Shown here: one piece after another, positions 1 through 12,100 of the stretch
Numbering within the stretch: the stretch's first letter is position 1
Layout: every line of letters starts with the position of its first letter
Source of the DNA: Octopus vulgaris
Taxonomy: Eukaryota
Direction: 5' to 3'
Length of the DNA stretch: 64,000 nt
Assembly (NCBI GenBank): GCA_951406725.2
Contig: OX597822.1
Location: 50,902,001 to 50,966,000 of the forward strand
Notes under the pieces: generated by a model
What the model saw: only the letters and a program-made list of their open reading frames with translations
Databases searched by the model: none
What the model was told of the DNA's origin: nothing
Position numbers and translations under genes: made by a program

Positions 1-441
1 AAGAAAATCTCGAAATTTTATACGGGATATTTTGATATATTTCGTTTGTGGTTCGCTTACGAATACTGCAATTTGGGGGGTAGGTGGGGTTTTCTTTAAA
101 TTTTCACTTATGCGTTCAGAATTTAACACTCATTTAGAGTTAGTCAATCCAAGAATTGCCCTTGTATTCCAAAATTAACAATTACTTAAGAATTAGTTGA
201 ATGCATTATTTCTGAAATATTTCAAAACTATCTTTTTTTTCCTACGCACGAAGTCAAATATCATGGATATTGTGAAATACACAAAATATATTTCAAGCCA
301 TACATACTAGATGCAAATAATTCTTTTCTTTCTACAACACGTTATATTCTTGAATTTTTAAAATGCATCTAATATTTATACACTATTTGTATGAGTTGCA
401 TATATAGATATATATATATACTCACACACACACAAATACTT

Positions 442-495
<54 letters not shown>

Positions 496-948
496 AGTAT
501 ACGCATAAATATAATATTTATATATGCGTAAATGTATCTAAGTTTCTAGCAATATTAAAAGCAGATTAGCCGCCATAGATAACAATTTGTTTCATGTCAA
601 CACACATTTGACGAGTTTATTGCGCACCACATTCTATACATATTCATTGATTGTGGTCCTTTTGGTCATCCGCACTCGTAAGAAATGAGTAATTCATTGA
701 TTATGAATAAAGAAGTTGCTTACTTTTAACTGTACTTTGAACTCTAAAGCAAGGCTTGTGGTAAATAAATATAAAAGAATGAAGAGAATATTAATCGTTA
801 AATCAGAAAAGAAAAGAAAACACCGTAAAAAATTTGAAAGGCAACATTTGTGTCGGAAAGAATGCGTGAAACTATTGATTAATAATAATCGGAAATATAT
901 GTATACACCCACCCATATGCATACATACATACATACACATATATACAT

Positions 949-979
<31 letters not shown>

Positions 980-1076
980 CATATGCATATATATTCAAAA
1001 GTATGTATGCATCTATATATGCCTACGTATTCATTACACACCCATATAAATATATATGTATATATATGTACGCATG

Positions 1077-1150
<74 letters not shown>

Positions 1151-1486
1151 TATATCTGTGTGTGTGTATGCATATGCATGTATATATGTACATATATGTA
1201 TGTATATGTGTGTGGTGTGTGTGTGTGTGAATATGTACAAATTTGGCTGTGTGTTTGTGTATGTCTACATTTATTAGGTAACGTTATGTATGGGAACAAT
1301 TTGAAAATTAGATAGCTATAGTGCCAGTAAGACAAAATGTTATTTCTCCAAATGTCAGAGTTTCTAAAACGAAAAATGTAGCAATTGATCATTCCATTAG
1401 CTTCTATTTGATGATGCTTGCATGCAAGCAGTATTGTCATATTTTTCCTGAAGATTTGCTGCTGCTGATACTACTACTACTACTAC

Positions 1487-1552
<66 letters not shown>

Positions 1553-1703
1553 AATATTTAGGTAACATGATTATTAAATGTGCCAAGCAGTCGATAATAC
1601 TACATTACATTGTGGTTACATGATTGATCTGAAGTTACCGTTCTAAAATACTTGTTATACAAGACGAATAATAATGCTTCATATATATATATGAAGCATT
1701 TAA

Positions 1704-2309
1704 ACCAAATATATATATGAAGCATTTAAACCAAATAAGAAACCACTGCCCTCTTCCCCCACATCACCACCTCAATACTACTGCAGTAACAAAAACTTAA
1801 AGAAACATAGGAAGCAGAATGCGCCCCCCACGGCACAAACAAGAAATCCCCAAATATGCCGCTATTCACTGCGCCAGAGACTCTGCACAAATAGTGACTG
1901 CATCTTCACGCATCTACCCGGCACTAGACGCACTACTGGCCAAGGCCAAAGCACGCATCCCACAATAACATCAACACCACCAAATAGTAAATCGAAATTC
2001 AAAACACACACAACTCGGAGTCCCAAAATCTGCCGGTATTCCCAACGTGAGAGAACATGTCTACTGAGTGACTGTCCCTTCACTCATCTTCCAGGGACCC
2101 GACGCACAAACAGAAATGGGGCCTCAAGCCAACACACAAACCTGAATAACAATAAAAATAGAAACACACCATGCTGCAGTAATGCTGGTCCAGTCTTTTC
2201 AGGAAGACACAAAAACAACAACAACAAAAGTGGAAACTACAACCCTATCCAACAGTGCAACCACACCTCCAGCCAAAAACTGCTCCCTAAGCAGGAAAAT
2301 TCTTTTTAG
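1704..2309 (+). CDS. LINE ORF1 C-terminal part (no start codon, 5'-truncated) with two C-x8-C-x4-C-x3-H zinc fingers
   Basis: Manual translation of the stop-free frame 1704-2309 gives ...ICRYSLRQRLCTNSDCIFTHLPGTRRT...ICRYSQRERTCLLSDCPFTHLPGTRRT...KQENSF*. It is absent from the ORF track. Confidence 0.8.
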   Translation, partial: TKYIYEAFKPNKKPLPSSPTSPPQYYCSNKNLKKHRKQNAPPTAQTRNPQICRYSLRQRLCTNSDCIFTHLPGTRRTTGQGQSTHPTITSTPPNSKSKFKTHTTRSPKICRYSQRERTCLLSDCPFTHLPGTRRTNRNGASSQHTNLNNNKNRNTPCCSNAGPVFSGRHKNNNNKSGNYNPIQQCNHTSSQKLLPKQENSF

Positions 2310-5300
2310 CCATGTTGAACATGGCAAAAGAGATACACAAAAACATTCTAGCCATCACTCAACACCATCCTATGCTATTACCCCAGTGCACCAATTCCCC
2401 ACATTGCTGCCACTAACACACACAAAAAATCCAAGCCCCCTGCAACAGTCAAAACCAGCCACTACACTAACCTCCACATTCCTACTCAATGCACAAGGTG
2501 TCAGCCCTTCCATCAATGCACAAAAATGGAAGGTCCAATTCATTGAAGACTGGGTTGGTAACCATTCACACCACATCCCTTTCTTCATTCTCACTGAGAC
2601 CCACCTTGACAACTCCCACTTGGAAGCCGAAGTGAGAGTGAAGAATTTCACAACCATCCGCGCGGATCGTATCGGCAGGAGGAAGGGTGGAACTGCCATT
2701 TTCCTGCATGATTCATTTACGGCAGATGGAAATAGTATATTCTCCAACGGCTACTGTGAATCAGTCACCGTGCACAACAAAGCCAATGATCTGACAGTAA
2801 TTGGGCTCTATAGGCCGCCCCAAACACCCATACTGTGCTTTAAAGAATGCCTCAACAGCATTAAGTGCTTTATTCAACAGTGCCATTCCAGCAACATACT
2901 CATGATGGGAGACTTCAATCTACCCTGTGTTGACTGGACTACAAACTGTTTGAAACCAAGCACTCCCGCCTCAACCGCTGACAAAGAAGCAGCAGAGTCA
3001 CTTTTCGACTTTACGAATGAGTTTTTCTTGTCCCAACTTGTCCTTGCACCAACAAGACATCAGAACATTTTGGACCTAGTGTTTAGTAACCACACTAACA
3101 CTATACATAACGTTACAGTGGAAAACACCCTTCTTTCAGACCATGACATGGTTCTCTGTAACATGAAATTCCACCAGCCGAAAGCTAATCCTAGTGACCT
3201 TCCTCCAGCCCACCCATTTGACAACATGGATCTCCATAAATCCAACTGGGATGCAATCAGGAACGAGCTATCAAATGTTGACTGGTCCTTTACACATACA
3301 CACATCTCCACCAACCATAAAACATCTTGGCAGATCTTTGTAGACACCGTCACAGACATATGTGCAAAACACTCCCCACCAAGACCTGTGAACAAAAAGT
3401 GCAGAATCCCCCAAAACAGAAAAACCATTATCAGAAAAATAAAAAGAACAAACAAAAAAATTAACAAACTAAAGTACTGCCAACAGCAACACACACATTC
3501 GACGGCTATCGCACTGCTTGAATCCAAAAAATATAACCTCCAACAATGCATGAAGTCCCTCATCAATAACCAAAGATCAGCTGAGGAGAAGTGGGCCATT
3601 GAAAAAATCAAACTCAACCCCAATGTGTTCTTTTCATTTGCGAGGAAACGCAGGGTCACTGTCTCCACTGTAGGCCCTCTAATTGACGAAACTGGCACTC
3701 TCCAAGATAATGCCAAATCCATGGCCGAGATACTGCAGAAACAATACTGCTCTGTTTTCAGCAATCCTGATATGGCCGATCTGGGCTGTATCAGTGATGT
3801 CAACCCCCAACACACTATATCGGACATAACGTTTAGTGCCCCTGATGTCTTAGCGGCGATAAACGAAATAAAACACAATTCAGCAGTAGGCCCCGATAGG
3901 TTCCCTGCTTGTGTCCTGAAGGTGTGTCGACACCAACTTGCATCTCCCCTTGCTAATCTGTGGAGAAACTCACTGGATGCTGGCTATATTCCAAAAAACC
4001 TTCTGTCCCAGTCTGTTGTCCCAGTTTTCAAAAAGGGAAACAAGTCCCTTGCAGTGAATTACCGTCCGATCTCACTCACCTCTCATATCATCAAGGTATT
4101 TGAGAGGGTGGTGAGATCTCAAATAACCCAATTTCTGGAAAGCAACAGACGGCTGATCTCCAACCAACATGGGTTCCGTAATGGAAGGGACTGCCTAACG
4201 CAGCTCCTGCATCACTTTGAGGACATTTTGAGAGCTTTGGGAGAGGGCTCCAACACCGATGTCATCTACCTTGATTTCAGTAAGGCCTTCGACAGGGTCG
4301 ATCACAAGATCCTATTGAAAAAACTATCCAACATTGGTGTCTCTGGAAAGTTACTGAAATGGATTAAGTGTTTCCTGACAGACAGATCTCAACATGTTGT
4401 AGTTGAAGGGGTAAAATCAAGCCCAGCCAAAGTCAGTAGTGGCGTTCCGCAAGGCACTGTGCTGGGCCCACTTCTTTTCATCATTTACATTAATGACATT
4501 AATGACATCATCAAGCACAGCAACATAAAAATCTTTGCAGATGACTCCAAGCTACAGAAGGTCATAAATGAGGCGAGTGACCGGACATGCCTTCAGTCAG
4601 ATCTGCTGGCTGTTATCCAATGGGCAGAAAAAAACAATATGCTGCTGAACGAGGATAAATTTGAGCTAATCCACTTTGGAAAAGAGGATGCCCTGAAACT
4701 CCCATACTCCCTTCCTTCAGGTGAAACTCTCGCGGCGTCCAACAACATCAGAGACTTGGGAGTAATTGTGGACAACAACGTAAGCTGGGCCACTCATATA
4801 AACACCAAAGTTGACATGGCCCGCAGAATGTGTTCCTGGATTCTCAGAACTTTCCAGTCGAGAGATATCCACACCATTATCCTTCTCTTCTCCACTTTTG
4901 CCCGACCCCACCTTGAATACTGTTGTCCACTGTGGTCTCCCCACACAATACAAGGTATCATAAAAGTCGAAGCACCTCAAAGGGCAATCACAAAAAAGAT
5001 AGATGGCATGACAGGCCTCGACTATTGGGGTCGACTAGAAAAGCTAAAACTCTATTCTCTCCAACGTCGTCGTGAGCGCTACATCATCTGCATGATGTGG
5101 AAAATATTCCATCAGCATTGCCCAAATGATGTTGGCATCACCTTTAAGGTACATCCAAGGCTTGGGCCCCGTGCCATCCGCCCAAAACAAAAATCGCACT
5201 CTCATCTCATAACAACAATACGGCACAATTATTTCACCTCAATTGGCCCCGCTCTCTTTAACATTACACCAAAACACATTAAAACAGAAACTGACCCTAT

Positions 5301-5421
5301 AGGGTTCAAGAAGTCTTTGGACAGATTCCTTCAAGAAATCCCGGATAAACCCCCTACACCCGGATATGTCTCTGTAAACAATAACTCTCTACTTGAGTGG
5401 GCCATAGTGCCCAAATTCTGA
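2182..5421 (+). CDS. LINE ORF2: APE endonuclease + reverse transcriptase (1079 aa, uninterrupted)
   Basis: APE motifs: LLNAQG, LTETHL, YRPP, GDFNLP, PTR..ILDLVF, SDH. RT motifs: NYRPISLTS, QHGFR, YLDFSKAFDRVDH, GVPQGTVLGPLLF, FADDSK, RDLGV. C-terminal YWGRLEKLKLYSLQRRRERY. The true start is uncertain. Confidence 0.95.
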   Translation: MLVQSFQEDTKTTTTKVETTTLSNSATTPPAKNCSLSRKILFSHVEHGKRDTQKHSSHHSTPSYAITPVHQFPTLLPLTHTKNPSPLQQSKPATTLTSTFLLNAQGVSPSINAQKWKVQFIEDWVGNHSHHIPFFILTETHLDNSHLEAEVRVKNFTTIRADRIGRRKGGTAIFLHDSFTADGNSIFSNGYCESVTVHNKANDLTVIGLYRPPQTPILCFKECLNSIKCFIQQCHSSNILMMGDFNLPCVDWTTNCLKPSTPASTADKEAAESLFDFTNEFFLSQLVLAPTRHQNILDLVFSNHTNTIHNVTVENTLLSDHDMVLCNMKFHQPKANPSDLPPAHPFDNMDLHKSNWDAIRNELSNVDWSFTHTHISTNHKTSWQIFVDTVTDICAKHSPPRPVNKKCRIPQNRKTIIRKIKRTNKKINKLKYCQQQHTHSTAIALLESKKYNLQQCMKSLINNQRSAEEKWAIEKIKLNPNVFFSFARKRRVTVSTVGPLIDETGTLQDNAKSMAEILQKQYCSVFSNPDMADLGCISDVNPQHTISDITFSAPDVLAAINEIKHNSAVGPDRFPACVLKVCRHQLASPLANLWRNSLDAGYIPKNLLSQSVVPVFKKGNKSLAVNYRPISLTSHIIKVFERVVRSQITQFLESNRRLISNQHGFRNGRDCLTQLLHHFEDILRALGEGSNTDVIYLDFSKAFDRVDHKILLKKLSNIGVSGKLLKWIKCFLTDRSQHVVVEGVKSSPAKVSSGVPQGTVLGPLLFIIYINDINDIIKHSNIKIFADDSKLQKVINEASDRTCLQSDLLAVIQWAEKNNMLLNEDKFELIHFGKEDALKLPYSLPSGETLAASNNIRDLGVIVDNNVSWATHINTKVDMARRMCSWILRTFQSRDIHTIILLFSTFARPHLEYCCPLWSPHTIQGIIKVEAPQRAITKKIDGMTGLDYWGRLEKLKLYSLQRRRERYIICMMWKIFHQHCPNDVGITFKVHPRLGPRAIRPKQKSHSHLITTIRHNYFTSIGPALFNITPKHIKTETDPIGFKKSLDRFLQEIPDKPPTPGYVSVNNNSLLEWAIVPKF

Positions 5422-5510
5422 CCTGAAAGACTTCACCAGGTGGTGCTATTAAGTTAGACATGGCCTGGGCCAATAATGGCCGAAACCTATCAAAGTATCA
5501 AAGTATCAAA

Positions 5511-5593
<83 letters not shown>

Positions 5594-5689
5594 TATATAA
5601 ATACATACATACATACAAACATATATATATGTTTGTATGTGTGTGTATTCTGTGCACTACTGAAGATGTTGTAATCAGATATCACTAAT

Positions 5690-5745
5690 GCGGTGCCCAA
5701 GCATACCTTATATCAAATGACTGAAGGAAGTAAAATAATAAAATA
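5690..5745 (+). mobile_element. Degraded SINE 3' tail fragment (family of 39781-40182)
   Basis: GCGGTGCCCAAGCAT...TCAAATGACTGAAGGAAGTAAAA resembles the tail at 40135-40182. Confidence 0.55.
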
Positions 5746-6012
5746 ATACATATATGTATGCGTGTGTGTGCATGTGTGTGTATGTATGTTTAAATATATG
5801 TGTATGTAAATAAAGCTACGACATTGCGTTAAAAAATTCTTCGCATAGAAATATGTCAATTTTCTTCTACGCAAGGGTCTTTTAAATCCTTTATTCTATA
5901 TTCTATTATTTATAGGTTCATTCACTTTGATTTCTAGCATTAAAGCGTATTATTTCATGGTACACAAGCTTTCTGAATAAGTAAAAACAACCATATGTAT
6001 ATATATGTATAT

Positions 6013-6294
6013 ATATTATATTAAATTAGAGACAAAACCACTATTAGGCAAATCATACAATGAAAAACTTAAGCCAATGCATAAGATTATTTAATTTATA
6101 TTTAAATATATAAAAAAACTATTAAAAAAGGATAATTAATATATCACTACGATCGTTTCGCGGCTGTTAATTTCTTTACATTTTCGAGTTACAGTCTCTA
6201 ATTTAATATAATATAATATTTTACTATAAAATTGGATTCAATCCTAAATCTGATTTTTTCCTGTAAGTTTGGATTTATTCCCTAATATTTATTA

Positions 6295-6300
<6 letters not shown>
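6013..6300. mobile_element. Penelope-like pseudo-LTR remnant with short inverted repeat
   Basis: A 21-bp perfect inverted repeat at 6013-6033/6194-6214. The minus strand at 6148-6159 reads GAAA-CGATCG-TA, the 3' half of a minimal hammerhead. Embedded in (TA)n. Confidence 0.45.
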
Positions 6301-6352
<52 letters not shown>

Positions 6353-6455
6353 TATATGTATATACATTATATGTATATACATTATATGTATGTGTGTGTG
6401 CGTGTGTGTATTTATTTATGTGTCTATCTATCCATCTATCGATCTATCTATCTAT

Positions 6456-8400
6456 CTTACCTAACTTTTGCCGTGAATAGACAGTAGTAAGTCGGCTTTT
6501 TTGTGTAGAAAAACTGCTCATTTCTGGAATATTTCTTTGTGATAGAGATGTCTAACTTCATCTCTGTGAATTCCAGTAAATCTTGTAATAGGAAATTCCC
6601 CTACATGGGTTGCATTTCCAAAATTAAAAAAAATTCTTTGTTTTCCTTGCCATATTCTAAACGAAAATAGCTAAATCGAACCAATATGTCATTGACTTCC
6701 CGCCTCTACCAAAGCCGGAGATGAGGGAAGATGAAAACTAGTCGTTCCGCTTTAACGCACACAGGCTTTAGAAGACACAACCGAAGAAGCAAAACAACGT
6801 TTACTGCTATAAACACTGCCTCCACCATTGCTACCACCACTACCACCATCACCACCATAACCAACACGAACACTCAAAACAAAGGAAGAACTGCTTGCCT
6901 GCAAGGCAATGTGTAAAAAGAGGAGCACACCATACTACTACAGACACCAAAAAAAAAACCAAAACACAGAAGAAATCTCAACACAAAAAACAATTATTTA
7001 CACGGCCACTCAAGAAAGACTAGAAAAATGTTTAAGGCCTATATGGGCCGTTAAAGACAACATCACTAGGGGAGACAAATTTGCCACGATTGAAGTTAGA
7101 TTCGACAGTGAAGAACGAGCCAAGAACCTCTCCACAAAGTCCTTTGAATGAGACAACTTAATAATGATACCTAAATACCTTGGTCGAAGAGTCACAAAAA
7201 TAAAACTCAAATGTGTCCCCTGAAACTGAAATAAAATGGCTTAGTCTGCTATTTGTTATGACATTGAGGAGGAAATCCATATCTTGGAAATCGCTGTCCT
7301 GGACCAGCAATATTAGATTGGTCAAGGAGTTGAAATCCTTGCTCATATTAATCTGATCAACTTTGACAAAATTCCACATCAAAGGAAACTGATAGCCGAT
7401 TCAAATTTGCATGTCACCGCCGAAAGTAGAAAGATACGTTGCTACGTTTGTGGTAGCAATCACACTGGAAAATCAGTTGCCCACAAGCACAGACACAACA
7501 ACAACAACAACACTCACAAGAAAACCAAAAATCATAAAACACCACTGCTACACACACCGCCATATGCACAACTAATTAAACAGCTCTACAAACAAATGAA
7601 GGAACATCAGCAACCACAAGCCAGCCCAACCAAATATCGCCACCACCAGCACCGCCAAGAACAGAAACAACACCATCATCACCACCAACAACAACAACTC
7701 CAAAGAAAAACGATAAAACAGAAAGGACACATACCCCACGCTTCCAAAACGCCCATACACCACATCCCAACTTTCACCAACCAGCAGCAACAAAATCAAC
7801 ACACTCAGATATAAACCCAAATACACTTCCCCTTCCACCTTTTGATTCCTTCGACGTGTCTTAGATGAAGACGTCACAGAGGATTGGCAAGTGGCCACAT
7901 GGGGAAGCAGAAAAGTGGGGTAAAAAAGAATAGAGAAGCAGACAAACAAAGCAGAGAGCTTTACAATTCCCGAAATCAAAACACCCGCAGAAAACAAAAG
8001 CACCAACACAAACACACAAACACAAAACGTCCCAAAAATGTTGACAGCTATAAACATTAACAATCCAGACCTAATGGAATACATTAGGTCAAACACCAGC
8101 ATAACGGAAAATGATACCAAACCAAAGAATCACCAACGCACAACACCCTCACAACTCATTAAAATCATAGACAAACCACAGAACACACACAGCACACTCA
8201 AATCTCTATACCTGGATGCAGTAGGGAGATTTCAAAAATACCTTTCTAAGAAACTGTGCAAAAACCTTCTGGGAGAAGACTGAAGTGAAGGACAAACAAC
8301 TTTCAGACAGTAAGTGACTCTCTCTCTCTCATTCTCTTTCGGCTTCCTTTCGTGTGTAAAACACAACGTTCGATAGGGACATGCAGGAGTACTGTGCATA
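6456..8400 (+). pseudogene. Degraded L1/Tx1-type ORF1 (gag-like; RRM-like region + zinc knuckle + low-complexity tail)
   Basis: Fragments across frames: YVIDFPPLPKPE (~6685), ITRGDKFATIEVRFDSEERAK, IPKYLGRRVTKIKL, HVTAESRKIRCYVCGS (degenerate knuckle). The last frame ends at 8283. Multiple stops and frameshifts. Confidence 0.65.
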
Positions 8401-8571
8401 TACAAATTTATATATACATGCATATGTATATATGTGTGTATATATATATATGTGTGTGTGTGTGTGCATGTATGTTTGTATATATATATTTGTGCACACA
8501 CACATACACACCCACACACACACAGATATATATATATACACACACATATATATACACATTCATACACACAT

Positions 8572-8630
<59 letters not shown>

Positions 8631-8655
8631 CATATAGCTGCTATTATATATGTAA

Positions 8656-8729
<74 letters not shown>

Positions 8730-9120
8730 CGTACGTATACATCTATACATTTATAACTGTGTGCGGGTGTGCGTGTGGGCTTGTGAGTGTACGCTCATGT
8801 ATGTGTGTGTGTCTGTGTGTCTTTAACCGTGTCTACGTGAACTCAACCTTTCTTTGTTCGGATGTTTGTTGCTTTTTTCCTGCTTTCCAATTAACGAAAC
8901 CAGCATTTCAGCGGAATCCCTGAAATAATCAAAGAGATGGTCGGTGTTTTAGGGGATGGGACGACTCTTAATTTGATTAATTCAAATTATAGCTACATAA
9001 GCAGACAAGTACACACAAAAGCCATGTGCGTGTGCGCGCGCATGTGTGTATGTGTTTGCGTCTGTATATGTATATAGGTATATATACACACACACACACA
9101 CGCACACACATATACATGTG

Positions 9121-12100
9121 TGTGTGTATAGGTAGTATAAATGTATATGGCTTGAGGTCGCCTTGGAAACAAGGCTACCTGTTAAATGACACCAAGTCCC
9201 AGAATCTGGATATCATAGCCATTAGCGAGACAAGTCTCCACAACCCGCGGGCCTTCCAGCACATGTTCGGCAGACATTTCGACATTTATTTTTTTCCGTG
9301 TCTGCCGAGAATGGGCGGAGGTGGCACCACGGTGCTTCTTCGAAAGAGTTTGGACCTCAAAGTAAGAGCAATTTTCCTGGCCGATAACAGTTAATGCACG
9401 CCCCTAACAGATCGGTGAGATTTCTTTCGACTTGTAGAGATTTTCTGGGCACGTCTCGACCTTTGCTTTTAGTGGGTGATTAAAACGTTACCTTGGAGAC
9501 GCATCTAGACTACGTGGCCAGATATAGTAATAGGTGGAGATGTAAATGCCTCAAGGACCTGTTCAGACGTTTGCATCTGTCTGACAGGTACCGACTGGAC
9601 CATCCGAATGTGCCAATGTGGACATGGAGCAAGATATGGAGTTCTTCCACGATATCGTAAGAAATTGCAGACACAAGCCATGGAGATCGTATTTAGATAG
9701 ACTATTCCGTAGGACAGTAGACAAGGATAGTGTCTAATTTGTGACTTGTACACTTGACCTAGATAAGATATAGGCAATGTCCCGGCTACTGGAAGCTGAA
9801 CTCATCATTCAGGGTACACCAGGCTTACCAGGACCGGATTAGCACATTAGTTAAGAGAGCACTGACCAACACGTGAACGCCAAACACGAAGGATGCGTTG
9901 TCAGAGCTAGGATGCGTGGTTTGAAGAACGAAGGAGTTGGAGTCGCCTTAGAGGCCCATGTGCGGAGGCGCAACGAGGCTACAAAGCTACCATTAGGTCT
10001 CTTACAGATGAGCAGTTTCGCGAATTACTCGAAACTGAAAAGATGTGTGAGGCCTTTCAACAACACTTTGCCCTAATATTCGGGACAACTGGTGGGTTAG
10101 AACGCAGAGTGTACTTTAGTGCCTACCTGTATGGCCTGCAACGACTATCGGCAAGAGAAGTAAATGTTGTGAAAGACCATCACAGCCGAGGACGTACGGG
10201 ATGCGATGACAGGCTGCACCGGAGATAAGTCGCCAGGCTTGAATGGTCTGCGCTACGAATTTTATTGTCATATTCCAGACTTATTTGGAGGAGTCTTGGC
10301 AACTGTCTACTGCAACTGGCAGCAGAACAGGAGTATCTCCGTTTCTGTGAAGCGAGGAGCGATGGCACTGCCAAAGAAAGATCCAAGCAAGGGGAACGTA
10401 ATATGTAACTTCAGGCCCATCACTCTGCTCAACGTAGATTTCAAGATGTAGGCAAGGTTTTCACCGAGAGGTTGGCGCTTGTCAACGAAAAACTGGTCGA
10501 CAAAGAGCAAACGTGTGCCGTGTCGGGTAGGAGTATCAATAACAACCTCCATCTGATGCGCTACGTCATAGACAGGGTAGTTAAGGAATCTGGCATGGAT
10601 GGGGCGCTGATCAATTTGGATCAATCAAAAGCTTTCGATAGGGTAGACCATCGCTATTTAGAAGCTGTCCTTAGCGCGGCTGGTTTCACTTCAGTCTTCC
10701 GCGGTTGGTTCACTGCCTTATACAGCGGCATCCGCTAGGTAGTTCGCGTAAATGGACGTCTGTCCTGATCATTTAACATCACGCGTTCGGTTCGTCAAGA
10801 ATGCCCCCTCTCTTCGCTTCTATACATATTGACTATTGAGCCACTACTGCGGAAGGTAGCGGCGCTGAGGGCATCTCACGAGAGCTGGGATGCGGGAGGA
10901 GCATGTCTTCATACGCGGAAGACGTCACAGTGATAGTGTGGAGACACAGGCATATCGACCTGGTCGGCGAGACACAAAAAGAATACGAAGCAGTAGAGGG
11001 AGAAACAATTAACCAATGAGTGAGCTTGCGGCTCGACACCTGGAGAAGGAAGCCGATGTCGTCCAACGGCGTCTCCATCGTGTGATGTTGAACTGACGGA
11101 CCGGTTAAATTGCTCGAAGTCTGGCTGGGTGCGGACCTCCAAATGGAGAAGAACTTGAACGAGATAACGTGTAAGGTGGCCACTCTAACCCAGCAATGGG
11201 CCGAGAGGCATCTATCCATAAAACGGTCGGGCGGAGGGGACGAACGCGTACATGAAATCCGTCATCGATTGCCGTCTGAAAGTTGTGCCTTGTCCCGACC
11301 CCACCGTTACCAAATTGCAACCCATACTTTTCCACTTTTTGTGGAAGTGAAGATTTCTGTTGGTTAGACAATCCATTTGCTGTCAACACACGCTAAATGG
11401 ATGGCTGGGCATGCACTGGTTGATGATGCGCAGACATGCGATGAGACTGCGACCTATCCGGCGCTTCATAGACGACAGTGATCAAGTGAGGTCGCTGTTT
11501 GTTCGGTGCGCTTTCCAGCAGCTCGTCTCTTTGGCCGAACCGCAATGGTAGGTCAGAGACTGAGGCTAGGCAAATGGCACAGCGAGTGTCACATTGCTCT
11601 CAAGCAACTCCGCCGTCCGGGACCAAATTTGTACGACTTCAATACCTCAAAGGCGTTCTATGAAGGATTAGTGGAAGGGAGGTACGACAGCGTTCTGGGG
11701 CAGAATCTGGGCGTCGAGGGGGAATATCTGACCCGCCTGTTCAGGACAACTTTCGGGCCGGAACCTATGGGCAATCACCAGAGATCCCTGGCCTGGCAGT
11801 GCTATTGAGAAGCATTTCCCGTTCGGGATAAATTCTATAGGCACACTTCGAGACACACCGGACCGACTTGTCCGAGATATGTTCAGAGCGAAGAAACCCT
11901 ACTGCACGCACTCGTGCAGTGCCCAAAGATTTCTGACCAGTGGGCTTATGCAGAGCGGCAGCTGTCAGATTTGGGACGAAATTCGGTTGTCGGCCGAATC
12001 TATCAAGAAAATTGCTCTGCCCCCTTCCCTTAACCGGGAAGGCAAAGCATTCTTCATCGTACTGGTGGCCATGGTGAAAGAATATGTGTGGGGGACTCTA

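Larger units (their letters stand above)
1704..5511 (+). mobile_element. 5'-truncated non-LTR retrotransposon (APE-RT LINE, CR1/L2/Proto2-like group; clade not resolved) with partial ORF1, intact ORF2, 3' UTR and (TATCAAAG)3 tail
   Basis: ORF1 remnant plus ORF2 with APE and RT motifs. The 3' UTR ends GGTGGTGC..CATGGCC..GGCCA-ATAA-TGGCC-GAAACC, then (TATCAAAG)3 at 5488-5511 and (TA)n. (TA)n also occurs at the 5' junction. Confidence 0.95.

Noticed and set aside
694-1440. Long ORFs rich in YI/HT/CV repeats (also at ~8.3, 14.0, 30.6, 34.5, 39.5 and 63.3 kb)
   Set aside because: They are translations of (TA)n/(CA)n/(TG)n microsatellites, which lack stop codons. No protein motifs.
2370-5226. Antisense ORFs within LINE ORF2 (and similar ones in the 47-49 kb and 53-55 kb elements)
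   Set aside because: Shadow frames of the real coding strand with no independent motifs.
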